Position numbers and translations under genes: made by a program. This document shows, one piece after another, positions 28,209-37,277 of a DNA stretch of 64,000 bases (within the stretch, counting starts at the first letter, position 1; each line of letters starts with the position of its first letter). The notes below the pieces were generated by a model. The model had not been told where the DNA came from, did no database searches, and saw only the letters and a program-made list of their open reading frames with translations. Source of the stretch: an uncultured Candidatus Saccharibacteria bacterium. GTDB lineage: Bacteria; Patescibacteriota; UBA1384; CAILIB01; JAUSJZ01. Location: assembly GCA_964421635.1 (NCBI GenBank), contig CAYQWZ010000005.1, forward strand, positions 2,748 through 66,747, read 5' to 3'.

Positions 28209-28805
28209 TTAATAGTCTAGTGCGCCTTCTATGCCAGCTGCTGTTGCGTCCCAAACTCCAATAACTCTATCTAAAGCAGCCGTACTTTTGTCATACCAAG
28301 CCCAGTTAACTTTAGCGACAAAAGATGCATCACCAGTTTTTTGTGCCCGACTATCAGCCTCTTTAAACTCATTATCGTTCCATCCGGTAAAACCATTATG
28401 GTCATCTATAACATGGGTCATGTATTTGAAAAATTCGTTATAGTAACCGGCTAGCTCAATTTTTGACTGTAGATTCTCTTTCTCGCCTTCAAGAATTTCA
28501 ATTTGACTTTGTAATCCGGCAATTTGATCTGCAGTAGTTGCGCTACTATCAACCGCCACTGCCTCTGCTTCATCTGCCGTCTCATCTTCTTCTGCTTCCT
28601 CACTTTCCGGCTCTTCAACTTTTTCAGTCACATCGGCACCACTTAGCTGATCTATTAATTCTTTGTTCTTCTGCAACTGCCCATTATACATAGCGCCCAG
28701 AGACACCGAAGCTGCCAACAGCACTACCGCCACCGCAATGGCTATCGTTTTATTACTAATTTTTGACTTGAAAGCTGGCTTTGGTTTTGTTTCCATTTTA
28801 TTCAA
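28209..28805 (-). CDS. membrane-anchored coiled-coil hypothetical protein
   Basis: 198 aa, one TM helix, acidic linker, heptad-like segment LQSQIEILEGEKENLQSKIE. Confidence 0.55.
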   Translation of the reverse strand: MNKMETKPKPAFKSKISNKTIAIAVAVVLLAASVSLGAMYNGQLQKNKELIDQLSGADVTEKVEEPESEEAEEDETADEAEAVAVDSSATTADQIAGLQSQIEILEGEKENLQSKIELAGYYNEFFKYMTHVIDDHNGFTGWNDNEFKEADSRAQKTGDASFVAKVNWAWYDKSTAALDRVIGVWDATAAGIEGALDY

Positions 28806-28871
28806 TTAGTTTTTACATTTAAAAGCGCAATAGACATTACGAAAGGTTGATTTAATTATAACAAGATTTGC

Positions 28872-29924
28872 TTATTGACCAGTAATATTTTTTAAGATCG
28901 CCTCAGATTCATTTTCAGTAGCTAGTCTTGGTTGGCTATTGTGCTCAATAATCACGGAAATAAATTGATAATCTAGCAGCTCTTCGCCCTTCATCTGGTA
29001 TAATCCTATTACTCCCTCACTTGTTTTGCGCGACCAATTCTGATCAAAAACGAAATTTCCGTGCGAATACATTATTAGCCTGTCTTTGTATTGCTCCATA
29101 ATTTGCACCCAATGCGCATGATTCCCCAAAACTAAGTCGGCACCCGCATCTATAGCCGCATGCGCAATTTCAATTTGCCGCGCAGTTGGCTTATGAGTAT
29201 ACTCGTTGCCCCAATGAAACATAATAATTACGGCATCTGCTAGCTTGTCGGCAGCAGCAATTTCGGCCCGCACAATATTTAAATCAACATTTTTGACCTT
29301 TTTCTGATTAGCCGTCTCAACATCGTTATAGGCCAAAAAAGCGTACTTGGCACCATTGATTTCTCGAACTAAATTTTCTTCATCCTTAACCCCAATAGCT
29401 GCAATATTATTTTCTTGAAGGATTTCAATGGTTTCGCTCAATCCGGCCGTGCCTTTATTTTCAGCATGATTATTGGCAACAGATGCTATATCTACTCCCG
29501 TTTTTGCCAAGGCCGGCGCGTGCTGAAGATTGCCACAAAAGATCATTCCTTCACTTGTAAGTGGGCAGTTAGCAATTAAAGGTGATTCTAAATTGATAAA
29601 AGTCAGGTCAGCCGAATTAAGCAGTTCGGCCGTTTTTTGATAGGGCCAGCTAAAATTATTTTTATTTGAAGTTAACACATTAACATATCTACCAAGCATA
29701 ATATCGCCAGTTACTAGAAGCTTGATTGGTTTTATTTCAGCTTTTTTGGTAGCAATAGATAAATTTTTTATCGCTGGTCTGGTCGACTCTGGTGAACCAA
29801 TCTCTTGAAATAAAGATGCAAAAGAGAAAAGTTGGTCATATCTATCTATTTTTTGAGTGTATAAATAGATACTAAAAGAGTAAATTATTAATACGGCAGC
29901 TGTTATGGTTAAATATGGTTTCAT
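28872..29924 (-). CDS. CapA/PGA_cap-family metallophosphatase-like protein
   Basis: Signal-anchor; LLVTGDIMLGRYVN, ADLTFINLESP, FHWGNEY and GNHAHW motifs typical of CapA/YwtB calcineurin-like proteins. Confidence 0.7.
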   Translation of the reverse strand: MKPYLTITAAVLIIYSFSIYLYTQKIDRYDQLFSFASLFQEIGSPESTRPAIKNLSIATKKAEIKPIKLLVTGDIMLGRYVNVLTSNKNNFSWPYQKTAELLNSADLTFINLESPLIANCPLTSEGMIFCGNLQHAPALAKTGVDIASVANNHAENKGTAGLSETIEILQENNIAAIGVKDEENLVREINGAKYAFLAYNDVETANQKKVKNVDLNIVRAEIAAADKLADAVIIMFHWGNEYTHKPTARQIEIAHAAIDAGADLVLGNHAHWVQIMEQYKDRLIMYSHGNFVFDQNWSRKTSEGVIGLYQMKGEELLDYQFISVIIEHNSQPRLATENESEAILKNITGQ

Positions 29925-29955
29925 ATATTAATTTAGAAGACCTAACTCCTTGAAG

Positions 29956-30456
29956 TTAGGTCAAAAGGTCTGCTCGATTTACAGCTCGTACATTATGCTC
30001 AATCATCTGCTGAGCTTCGTTGAACACGAATCTTCCCCTTAGAATTTCACCGTCAAGCGCCCTTGGCAGCCACAAAACATCATCTGGCCACATGAGATCA
30101 AATGGTAATCCGTCAAAAGAAAACCATTGCGGATTCATCTCTTCTGTCTCAACCGGTTCCCCTTGCCAGCTGGTACAGAAATAAGTAAGAACTCTTTGGC
30201 TCCAAGCTATATTATGTGGGAAGAAGAAATCACTCACTACTCGTAGCTCCAAGCCGCCAACTACTACCCCTATTTCTTCTAGGGTTTCGCGGCGAGCTGA
30301 AGCTTCAACGGTTTCACCTTCTTCCGGTTTGCCGCCGGTTCCATTCCATTTTCCCTGACCGAACCCTCGTTTCTTCATAGCCAGAAGAACAGACCGCTCT
30401 TGTGTGTCGACCAAAAACACCAACGAGACCTGACGCAACTCTGTTGTTTCATTCAT
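29956..30456 (-). CDS. NUDIX hydrolase
   Basis: Nudix box GGKPEEGETVEASARRETLEEIGV. Confidence 0.8.
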   Translation of the reverse strand: MNETTELRQVSLVFLVDTQERSVLLAMKKRGFGQGKWNGTGGKPEEGETVEASARRETLEEIGVVVGGLELRVVSDFFFPHNIAWSQRVLTYFCTSWQGEPVETEEMNPQWFSFDGLPFDLMWPDDVLWLPRALDGEILRGRFVFNEAQQMIEHNVRAVNRADLLT

Positions 30457-30503
30457 GGCTTCACTCCTTCACTCTCATAATAGCAAATTGAATAAAAAAA
30501 AAT

Positions 30504-30530
30504 GCCTGCCCTAACTATTGTCAGGCAGGC
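30504..30530 (-). terminator. GC-rich palindrome family copy 1 (GCCTGCC-n13-GGCAGGC) acting as terminator of 30521-31561
   Basis: Hairpin immediately at the stop codon, followed on the minus strand by T9. Confidence 0.6.
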
Positions 30531-31561
30531 GGAGTTTGACCACGCGCGTCTTCGGCTCTTCTTTCTATTAAGTCTTGTAGCACTTCGGGTGGATAATGCC
30601 ACTCTGGCCGATTGTTCCCAGCGACTCTTTTCTGTCGTCGCTTACCTCTGATTCTATTTAGCACCCAGGTAAGACTTTTACCAACCCTTCTACTTAATTC
30701 ACATGTTGTGAGCCAATCTCCTGCTTCAACAAGTCTATTTACCTCAGGCCTTAATTCGTCAACTATTTCAGGAGGATAATGGATAAATATCTTACCCGAC
30801 CCAGGAATTCGTCTTAACTCTCCATCGGTACGACCTTTAAGACGAGCTCGAACCCATAAATAATCTTTTCCAAGTATGACAGCAATACTATGAGCACTTA
30901 ACCAGTCACCCCTTTCTAGATATTTATTAGACAGACCTTTGAGAATAGGTAATACCCACGGAGGCCAATGTCTAGTAACTCGGTTAGCTTTATTTGCCCG
31001 TTCTTCTCCGGGCTGATTCATCTGATCTAAACGGCTACCAATCCAGAGACGAGAACGACCTAGCTCTTGTGTCATATATCCCATGGTAATCCAGCCATTT
31101 GCCCCTTTACTCTCAGCTGACATCCTTACAAGTTCCGGAATAACCGCCAGAGGATAACAACGAAACACTCCGCCTCTGCAAATTCGTTTCTCATTAGGAA
31201 AGGGCAAACTTTCTATTCGTGCCTTGACCCACTTATAGCTCCTACCAACTCTGGAATATATTTGACCAACTGATAGCCAGTCTCGAGCAGGCTGGTACAG
31301 CCCAGAATCGTTCTCTTGTCGGCGTAGCTTTCTAAGTAAATTCGACAATAGTAGTAGCCTGTCATATATCCAGACTCGAGCCTCACCGTAATGCTCAAAT
31401 GTCATTTTACTTTCCCAAGCCCGCTTATAAACAAGCTCTACAATATTTCGTGCATCATGAGTGTCAAAAACCAGACTGATAGCACCACTTAGCAGGATTT
31501 CTTCTGTTGCTGTTTTGAATCGAGCGAACCTTTGAGCTCGTTGTTCATCTACCAACCTCAT
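30521..31561 (-). CDS. hypothetical protein with four tandem Trp-containing HTH-like repeats
   Basis: 346 aa, GC-elevated; repeats RDWLSVGQIYSRVGRSYKWVKARI / NGWITMGYMTQELGRSRLWIGSRL / GDWLSAHSIAVILGKDYLWVRARL / GDWLTTCELSRRVGKSLTWVLNRI. Confidence 0.65.
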   Translation of the reverse strand: MRLVDEQRAQRFARFKTATEEILLSGAISLVFDTHDARNIVELVYKRAWESKMTFEHYGEARVWIYDRLLLLSNLLRKLRRQENDSGLYQPARDWLSVGQIYSRVGRSYKWVKARIESLPFPNEKRICRGGVFRCYPLAVIPELVRMSAESKGANGWITMGYMTQELGRSRLWIGSRLDQMNQPGEERANKANRVTRHWPPWVLPILKGLSNKYLERGDWLSAHSIAVILGKDYLWVRARLKGRTDGELRRIPGSGKIFIHYPPEIVDELRPEVNRLVEAGDWLTTCELSRRVGKSLTWVLNRIRGKRRQKRVAGNNRPEWHYPPEVLQDLIERRAEDARGQTPPA

Positions 31562-31646
31562 CTTTCAACCTCCTTCCCGCTGAAGTTACTCTGTACAAGA
31601 GCACTCTTATCAAAACAAGAAAAGTTATTTAAACCAATAAAAAAAT

Positions 31647-31671
31647 GCCTGCCGACTATTGTCAGGCAGGC
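31647..31671 (-). terminator. GC-rich palindrome family copy 2 (near-identical to copy 1) acting as terminator of 31689-32450
   Basis: AAAAATGCCTGCCGACTATTGTCAGGCAGGCGG; T-run follows on the minus strand. Confidence 0.6.
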
Positions 31672-31688
31672 GGTTGGTAGGTCTTGTC

Positions 31689-32450
31689 TTACTCTTCGTC
31701 GAAGATGCGAAATGCTCGTTGCAGGTATGCAGTGACTTTTGTCATATCAAGTTGGTTTTGAGGATTACGCAACTGCCCTTCAGCATCAATGCTGAGAGTT
31801 GGCCACAGCTGGGCCATCCTTTCAATTGGCTCCAATGTGTCTGGCCCCAAGCCACCAGCCACAACAAGCTGAAAGTATTGGCCGTGCGAGATATTGATAG
31901 CACCAAGTCTTTCAACTGTAGCATCGGAATCGAATGGCAAGCCACGACCTCGGCTGAAATCTACTAAAACATAGTCAAACAGCTTGTGATATTTAGTCAG
32001 TTTGTATAACAGCTTATTCATGCTTCCAGTTTCTGTAATAGCAGCTCGACTGATTTGCATCACCAGCAGATCTTCAGGATACACCGTACGATACACTTTC
32101 AACATCTCAACCTCTGGCCATGGATGGTTGATTTGAGTTCCGTGACAGTGTTGTCCGCCCATTTCTCTGGCTTCCATAACACCATTTAGAGGGGTTTGTT
32201 CATCTTCGCCAATGCAGTAATGAATAAGGTTGAGTGCTCGTTTGTCTGGTGAGAAAATTTGGGACAATTGATTCGGCGGTGGTAAACGAGTGTAGCCAAC
32301 TAACACCCCTACCATCAAGCGATGAGTCGAATGGTTTGGCACCGCAGCCAAAGCTTGCGCCACCTCCGAGCCGGTAGTGAAGCCGGTAGCACCAATGTAC
32401 GGTGGCGCTTCTCTTGACATGTCAGTTCTCCTCCCATTTACTCGTATCAC
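31689..32450 (-). CDS. TIM-barrel protein, weakly phosphoribosylanthranilate-isomerase (TrpF)-like
   Basis: 253 aa, GC-elevated; ..SRGRGLPFDSDATVERL.. and ..VVAGGLGPDTLEPIERM...LSIDAEGQLRN resemble the TrpF phosphate-binding C-terminal half; assignment tentative. Confidence 0.5.
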   Translation of the reverse strand: MIRVNGRRTDMSREAPPYIGATGFTTGSEVAQALAAVPNHSTHRLMVGVLVGYTRLPPPNQLSQIFSPDKRALNLIHYCIGEDEQTPLNGVMEAREMGGQHCHGTQINHPWPEVEMLKVYRTVYPEDLLVMQISRAAITETGSMNKLLYKLTKYHKLFDYVLVDFSRGRGLPFDSDATVERLGAINISHGQYFQLVVAGGLGPDTLEPIERMAQLWPTLSIDAEGQLRNPQNQLDMTKVTAYLQRAFRIFDEE

Positions 32451-32883
32451 ATCGCTGAGATTCTCTCAGCTCAGTCAAAATGCGATCAACATGCTCGAGT
32501 GTCATGTAGCCTTCCGGCAACTGCACACCATCATCCGACAATACCTCTCTGAACAATGCATTGAGCTGGACGCCTGTAGGATTATTGCCAAGAGCCTGCA
32601 TAATGCGTTCCATAAGATCTTCCTCAAAAGCAGGCATCTCAATTTGAACAGCTTTCAGCATACACCCAAGCAACACAGTTTCCATAGAAACCAAAACGGC
32701 TTCGGCAACTGGAAACTGAGCTTTTGACAGGGAACCTGCAGTTATCGGCAAGTACTCTTTGCCCGCACCTCGTGAGAAGCGAACTGACCAGCTAGGATCG
32801 TTCTCAGAACCTTCAGTAAACATGATGAATAGGTCAAAAGGATTTGTCACAATCCCAAGAGCAGCTTCGAGTTCCATTTCCAC
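32422..32883 (-). CDS. hypothetical protein
   Basis: 153-aa ORF (GTG at 32883 or ATG at 32877), overlaps next gene by 29 nt (operon); preceded by conserved leader element. Confidence 0.5.
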   Translation of the reverse strand: MEMELEAALGIVTNPFDLFIMFTEGSENDPSWSVRFSRGAGKEYLPITAGSLSKAQFPVAEAVLVSMETVLLGCMLKAVQIEMPAFEEDLMERIMQALGNNPTGVQLNALFREVLSDDGVQLPEGYMTLEHVDRILTELRESQRCDTSKWEEN

Positions 32884-32895
32884 ACTCTCTTTCTA

Positions 32896-32922
32896 CGCTT
32901 TCGCGCTCTCACAAACTACCAG
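32896..32922 (-). promoter_or_regulatory. conserved 27-nt leader element copy 1 (minus strand CTGGTAGTTTGTGAGAGCGCGAAAGCG)
   Basis: Exact duplicate of element at 33229-33255, each 13-20 nt upstream of a start codon; contains GCGC-GAAA-GCG mini-hairpin. Confidence 0.5.
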
Positions 32923-32983
32923 TAATCAGCTATAGAAGTCAATAAAAAAACTGCCTTCCCCCGAGGAAAAGCAGCTAGATCTA

Positions 32984-33211
32984 CTATGAAGGTATACGAA
33001 ACCAAATGATCAAAAATAATGGGTTGAAAAGAAGCGTGCCACCAAGACAGACCATTAGAGTAGTAGTGCCGTAACTGTCAAACTCCTGAGGGTTACGAAA
33101 AGCCCACCATAGCTGTACAGTACATACAAGCAGAATTGCCAATCCCATTAGTCGATAGTTAATCATATTGTGATCCCAGAATTCAATGATCGCACCTATC
33201 GCGTTTTTCAT
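32984..33211 (-). CDS. small membrane protein
   Basis: 75 aa, two TM helices, RBS GAGGAAGGA upstream; preceded by leader element copy 2. Confidence 0.5.
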   Translation of the reverse strand: MKNAIGAIIEFWDHNMINYRLMGLAILLVCTVQLWWAFRNPQEFDSYGTTTLMVCLGGTLLFNPLFLIIWFRIPS

Positions 33212-33228
33212 ACCGTCCTTCCTCTCTG

Positions 33229-33255
33229 CGCTTTCGCGCTCTCACAAACTACCAG
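33229..33255 (-). promoter_or_regulatory. conserved 27-nt leader element copy 2
   Basis: Identical to 32896-32922. Confidence 0.5.
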
Positions 33256-33312
33256 AAAAGAACAGTAGTAGTCAACAAAAAAAGCCCCGGATAAATCCGA
33301 GACTGGAGGTAG

Positions 33313-33723
33313 CTACTTGCGTCTCATGCGAGCTGAAGGATGGTTAAAGTCCAAGAGTATAGTTCCGTTTTCTCCACATATGACTCGCCCGTCACGAAGA
33401 GCAAGGTTTATTCTGGGTCTAGTTGTGCTAAACAATGTAACGGTCAACCCTCGTGGACCCTCCACACAAGGAAATGATTTACTTACGATATTCCACTTCC
33501 TGCAGAATCTATCAACAAAGATATGGCCTCCTATTGTTGCTTTTTCAAAATCCTCTTCGGTTATTGGCAAACTACTGATCTGTCCCCAAACCCAGCACTT
33601 CGCGATAGATTCGAATGAATTCAGCACTGGCTCTATTGACACCAAACTCGTCAAGCACCTGACCTCGAACGGTCGGATGATGGAACTGCAATTGCTCATC
33701 ATAAAGCTTCTCGAGCAAACCAA
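33313..33723 (-). CDS. hypothetical protein (start uncertain; overlaps 33572-33913 in another frame)
   Basis: ORF ending just before a hairpin+T7 terminator (33270-33300 on minus strand); N-terminal 50 codons overlap the neighbouring ORF, so the true start may be internal. Confidence 0.4.
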   Translation of the reverse strand: MVCSRSFMMSNCSSIIRPFEVRCLTSLVSIEPVLNSFESIAKCWVWGQISSLPITEEDFEKATIGGHIFVDRFCRKWNIVSKSFPCVEGPRGLTVTLFSTTRPRINLALRDGRVICGENGTILLDFNHPSARMRRK

Positions 33724-33913
33724 TCACTTCTTCAAACTTCTCGGCACCTTGTTCAGATGCATACAACAAAAGGCTAATGATTTTACCTGAACAGTTTTCG
33801 CAGTTGTTTAAGAGTGTTTCAATGCGTTGCCATTGTTCAAATGTAAGCACCTCTGCAAGCTTCTCTTGAAACTTTTGCTTCAGTGCTTCTCTCATTGTGT
33901 CGTCTGCTGACAT
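33572..33913 (-). CDS. hypothetical helical protein (CENC motif)
   Basis: 113-aa ORF, helical composition, GC-elevated. Confidence 0.5.
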   Translation of the reverse strand: MSADDTMREALKQKFQEKLAEVLTFEQWQRIETLLNNCENCSGKIISLLLYASEQGAEKFEEVIGLLEKLYDEQLQFHHPTVRGQVLDEFGVNRASAEFIRIYREVLGLGTDQ

Positions 33914-34004
33914 GTGGCTCTCCTTCCTAATTAGACTCTAGCCAAATATATTACTTTAATCAATGCAAAAGTGATTATCGCTGAATATTTAAGGATTAAA
34001 AAAC

Positions 34005-34024
34005 TGCCTGCCGGTCGGCAGGCA
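34005..34024 (-). terminator. GC-rich palindrome family copy 3 (TGCCTGCCGG-TCGGCAGGCA)
   Basis: 10 nt downstream of stop of 34034-34342; followed on minus strand by T6. Confidence 0.55.
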
Positions 34025-34033
34025 AGCCTTACC

Positions 34034-34342
34034 CTATACGGGCTCGGCAAGGGTTAGTAGACCAGCGTCTACAAGAGTATCTTGTACTAGATTCAGCAGC
34101 TGTCCAGGTGGTCCGAAGACAATCAGCTTAAGTAGATCGCCTCGTTGCCCACCATCTTGGCAGACAACTACTACTGTTTCGCCATCACAAAGAATAATGT
34201 TGCTGCCAGGCGTAACACATTCGGTGCCCTGTGCTCGACTACCCCAGCCGCGAGCAACAAAACCGCGCTCTACACAATGTCGCCACACGCCCTCTAATCT
34301 TTCGCGCGCTCGCTCCAGCAGACCCTTCTCTGACTCTGACAT
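34034..34342 (-). CDS. hypothetical protein, GC-elevated
   Basis: 102-aa ORF with dedicated palindromic terminator. Confidence 0.5.
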   Translation of the reverse strand: MSESEKGLLERARERLEGVWRHCVERGFVARGWGSRAQGTECVTPGSNIILCDGETVVVVCQDGGQRGDLLKLIVFGPPGQLLNLVQDTLVDAGLLTLAEPV

Positions 34343-34421
34343 CCTTTTCTCCCTAAAATATAGGATATCAAAAAAATCAGCCCTTATTGCTGCTATTCAA
34401 TTTCTGCATACTGAAAAATTT

Positions 34422-34661
34422 CTATTTCACCAACAGCTCTAAAGCAAAGTAAACTAGATAAGCTGGCCAGACGATGGCTTTCAATAAACCAACGACGCCT
34501 GCGCCAAAAGTAGCTGCTTGACCTATAAAGTATACCGCCGCTCCAATTAAGCCAAGGCCGTAAACTCCACCGCCACCATGATGATAGCGTCGCCTGTCTT
34601 TACGACACTCTTTTCTCCATTCTCTCCACTCTTTCCAATCCTTTTTATCTTTTGTATTCAT
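34422..34661 (-). CDS. small Gly-zipper membrane protein
   Basis: 79 aa; basic N-terminus then GGGGVYGLGLIGAAVYFIGQAATFGAGVVGL. Confidence 0.45.
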   Translation of the reverse strand: MNTKDKKDWKEWREWRKECRKDRRRYHHGGGGVYGLGLIGAAVYFIGQAATFGAGVVGLLKAIVWPAYLVYFALELLVK

Positions 34662-34752
34662 GTTTTAATTATATCTCAAATCTAGAAGCGCAAGCTAATA
34701 ATTTTTTTTGGCTACTATACTTGGTATAATGACGGCAGGAGGATACGACCCC

Positions 34753-35034
34753 ATGATACTCTTCGCTGTCGGTAAGCAGACAAATGGTTGGGGAGGATAT
34801 CAGTGGCAATCCTATTTCGTAGTAGCCCAAAACGAAGCTGAAGCAATTGAGCTAGTTGATCGCTACTCCGGCGAAGGTTACTGGAGCAATCATCCCGACC
34901 CACCCACAGTAGTTGTAGTGGCAAGTTCAATCGATATCGTCCCTGGTATGCCTAAAATCTTCCCTATAGATTCACTTTGTGCACCCCGATTCTTCCCATC
35001 CGATGTGCCCACTCTAGCACCTCTAGTCATTTAA
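34753..35034 (+). CDS. hypothetical protein
   Basis: RBS AGGAGGA 11 nt before ATG at 34753, extended -10 TGGTATAAT upstream, perfect intrinsic terminator downstream (ORF track shows longer 34708 start). Confidence 0.55.
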   Translation: MILFAVGKQTNGWGGYQWQSYFVVAQNEAEAIELVDRYSGEGYWSNHPDPPTVVVVASSIDIVPGMPKIFPIDSLCAPRFFPSDVPTLAPLVI

Positions 35035-35042
35035 CACCTGTA

Positions 35043-35070
35043 GCCCCAGCATCACCGCTGGGGTTTTTTT
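35043..35070 (+). terminator. intrinsic terminator
   Basis: CCCCAGC-atcacc-GCTGGGG followed by T7. Confidence 0.8.
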
Positions 35071-35098
35071 ATTTATTATTAATTCCCTGCAAAAAAAC

Positions 35099-36133
35099 TT
35101 AAGGGGCAATATTGTTACCTGCCTTATTTGAATTTGAATTGCTATTCTGTTGGCCTCCACCACTTTGTTGAGCACCTTCACCAGCTGTTCCGTTTACCTC
35201 AACACTCCCCTCGGCATTACCCCCAACACCACCATCAACAGTATTTTGATTAACAGTGTTGGCTGAATTTGTCGTGCCACCATCAGTTGTGTTTACAATA
35301 ACCACATTGCTAGTCGTTGTTTTGGAATCACCAACCACCACCATACCACCCGCTTTATAACTATCAATCACCGAACCATCACTCATCTGAATTTTCCAGA
35401 CTCGCTTACCCCCTGTTGTAACTGAATTTGGACCAGTTCCCGGCGCATATTCAATCTTTAAATTACCTTGTTTATTTTGAGATATTTTACCCTCTCCTTG
35501 GTCAATAATTACTCCATCATTATCTGTAATTTTGTCACCTGGTGCATAAACACGCGATTCTTTATCTACATCTATTTTTACTGTCATTCCTTTAGGATCA
35601 CGCCAAACCGTTACTACTCGATCTACAAAATTATCAACTGTCTCCTCATCTTGAGAAGTGGCAAGAGCTTCTCTCATTCTATTAACAGCTCTCTCTTGAA
35701 CCTGAGCAATGGTTTCTTTTGTGGCACTACTTTGAGTCTCTTGACGCACCTGAGATAAAACCGCCTGTCGCTCAATAACATTCTGCTCTGATGTATCTAT
35801 TAAATCATCTTCTGTATTATCACTTTCTAGCCGAGAGCTCATACTTCCTTCTAAATATTCATACCGCTGCGCCAGTTTTTCTACTCTATCTTGCTGACCC
35901 GACGCATCTGCTACCTTAATTTCTTCGGTACGCTTAGTCGCCAATTCGTTCATTAAGGATACTTTATTTTCATGACGCCAAGTTAGAAGATGCAAACTTA
36001 TCCATTCTTTTGAGTACGTCCATCTAGATGGTAATTGATTTTCATCGGCAGCCCGAACTACTCCGGTGCCTGCAAACAGACCGAGACATATAATAAAACC
36101 GCCTAGGGCTAGTTTTGTTTTTGTGGTAGACAT
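35099..36133 (-). CDS. secreted G/T/N/S-rich protein
   Basis: Signal peptide begins at the internal MSTTKTKLALGGFIICLGLFAGTGVVRA (ORF track start 36214 probably too long); C-terminal third is low-complexity G/N/T/S. Confidence 0.6.
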   Translation of the reverse strand: MSTTKTKLALGGFIICLGLFAGTGVVRAADENQLPSRWTYSKEWISLHLLTWRHENKVSLMNELATKRTEEIKVADASGQQDRVEKLAQRYEYLEGSMSSRLESDNTEDDLIDTSEQNVIERQAVLSQVRQETQSSATKETIAQVQERAVNRMREALATSQDEETVDNFVDRVVTVWRDPKGMTVKIDVDKESRVYAPGDKITDNDGVIIDQGEGKISQNKQGNLKIEYAPGTGPNSVTTGGKRVWKIQMSDGSVIDSYKAGGMVVVGDSKTTTSNVVIVNTTDGGTTNSANTVNQNTVDGGVGGNAEGSVEVNGTAGEGAQQSGGGQQNSNSNSNKAGNNIAP

Positions 36134-36333
36134 AGAGCTAATATTAAGTAAATAGCTGGTATAACAAACAACACCCAGAGTAGAAGGTAAACACCATCTC
36201 GTGGATCGAACCAATCGAACCAGGTGATACCGACAATGATGCCGAGTGATATCAGCGACAACTTAAATAGCCCCATCTGCCACCAACGCAAAGTATAATC
36301 TTTAAAAAATCTCATCTTGTCTAAATTATACAC
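36109..36333 (-). CDS. small membrane protein
   Basis: 74 aa, two TM helices, overlaps downstream gene by ~25 nt. Confidence 0.4.
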   Translation of the reverse strand: MYNLDKMRFFKDYTLRWWQMGLFKLSLISLGIIVGITWFDWFDPRDGVYLLLWVLFVIPAIYLILALCLPQKQN

Positions 36334-36365
36334 CTCTTTCTTCAGTTTGCTATAATATTGATGTA

Positions 36366-36785
36366 ATGCTAATAAAAAATCCTGTGCTGTCGTTGAAAGT
36401 CGGTTGGTTAGTTGTAACTATTTTAGTTTTTCTAGACGCTTTTTTAGATTCTAAGCGAGGGGTAGAAGGTAATCCCCTATGGCAACCAATTGTGGAAAAG
36501 ATTGGCATTCAGAATATTTATATTCTGGTTCCTTTTGTCTTATTATTATTTTGGCTGGTAGTTAAATTTGGTGGCTGGTTAACCGCTCGTATTGACAAGA
36601 CCCCTCAAGCCGAAGAGCTGGTGTTAACTGCTTTGGTCCTAGTCTACGGTCTCTTTGATCTTTGGGTTATCGCCGTCGACTTTTTGAATTTCCACTTAAT
36701 TACTAATTACCGGTTGTTGGTTATCCCCCTGACTATCATTGCTGTCTTTTATGCTGTTTGGGCAGAGAAAAAACTTAAGCAATAA
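36366..36785 (+). CDS. polytopic membrane protein, hypothetical
   Basis: 139 aa, four hydrophobic helices. Confidence 0.55.
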   Translation: MLIKNPVLSLKVGWLVVTILVFLDAFLDSKRGVEGNPLWQPIVEKIGIQNIYILVPFVLLLFWLVVKFGGWLTARIDKTPQAEELVLTALVLVYGLFDLWVIAVDFLNFHLITNYRLLVIPLTIIAVFYAVWAEKKLKQ

Positions 36786-36799
36786 TTGCCTCTAATAGA

Positions 36800-37075
36800 T
36801 TACTTTTCAATACTAATAGCATGTCCATCTACAATTGCCTCAGCTAATTTTTGATGAGCCGAAGAAAGGATCCTCTGAAAAGTGCTTTGTGATGTTTCCA
36901 TTATCTTAGCAGAAGCCGTCTGGTTAAGTTTCTTTTTATATTTAAGACGCAGAACTTCACCTTCTTCTCTGGTCAAATTAATTACTTCAATCTCGCGCAA
37001 TCTAATTCCAGATGGCTTAAAGAATGTTGCTTTGGGTCGGAATTTAATCCTTTTTTTTAATCTCGGTCGGGCCAT
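36800..37075 (-). CDS. DUF134/UPF0251-family predicted DNA-binding protein
   Basis: MARPRLKKRIKFRPKATFFKPSGIRLREIEVINLTREEGEVLRLKY...IMETSQSTFQRILSSAHQKLAEAIVDGHAI matches the UPF0251 pattern (R-rich N-terminus, FKP-G, sigma-70 region-4-like HTH). Confidence 0.65.
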   Translation of the reverse strand: MARPRLKKRIKFRPKATFFKPSGIRLREIEVINLTREEGEVLRLKYKKKLNQTASAKIMETSQSTFQRILSSAHQKLAEAIVDGHAISIEK

Positions 37076-37076
37076 A

Positions 37077-37277
37077 TTAGCAAAATTCTCCCTGCATCAA
37101 ACTCTCGCACTTAGGACATTTTATTTCAACGCAAGGCACACCCCGCTTATTATGTGTCTTTTTATATCCACACTTTGGACAGATACATTTGCTTGAGCCA
37201 ATTGGACCTTCTCCACGACGATTCGCACCACGAACAAAATCATTGCCACTATTTCCTGTTTTGTCTTTATTAGGCAT
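37077..37277 (-). CDS. small Cys-rich zinc-ribbon protein
   Basis: 66 aa with CxCPKCGY...CxxxxCPKC pairs; 1 nt from DUF134 gene. Confidence 0.55.
   Translation of the reverse strand: MPNKDKTGNSGNDFVRGANRRGEGPIGSSKCICPKCGYKKTHNKRGVPCVEIKCPKCESLMQGEFC

Noticed and set aside
33317-33790. 157-aa plus-strand ORF
   Set aside because: Overlaps two minus-strand ORFs that have a terminator and operon context; no RBS
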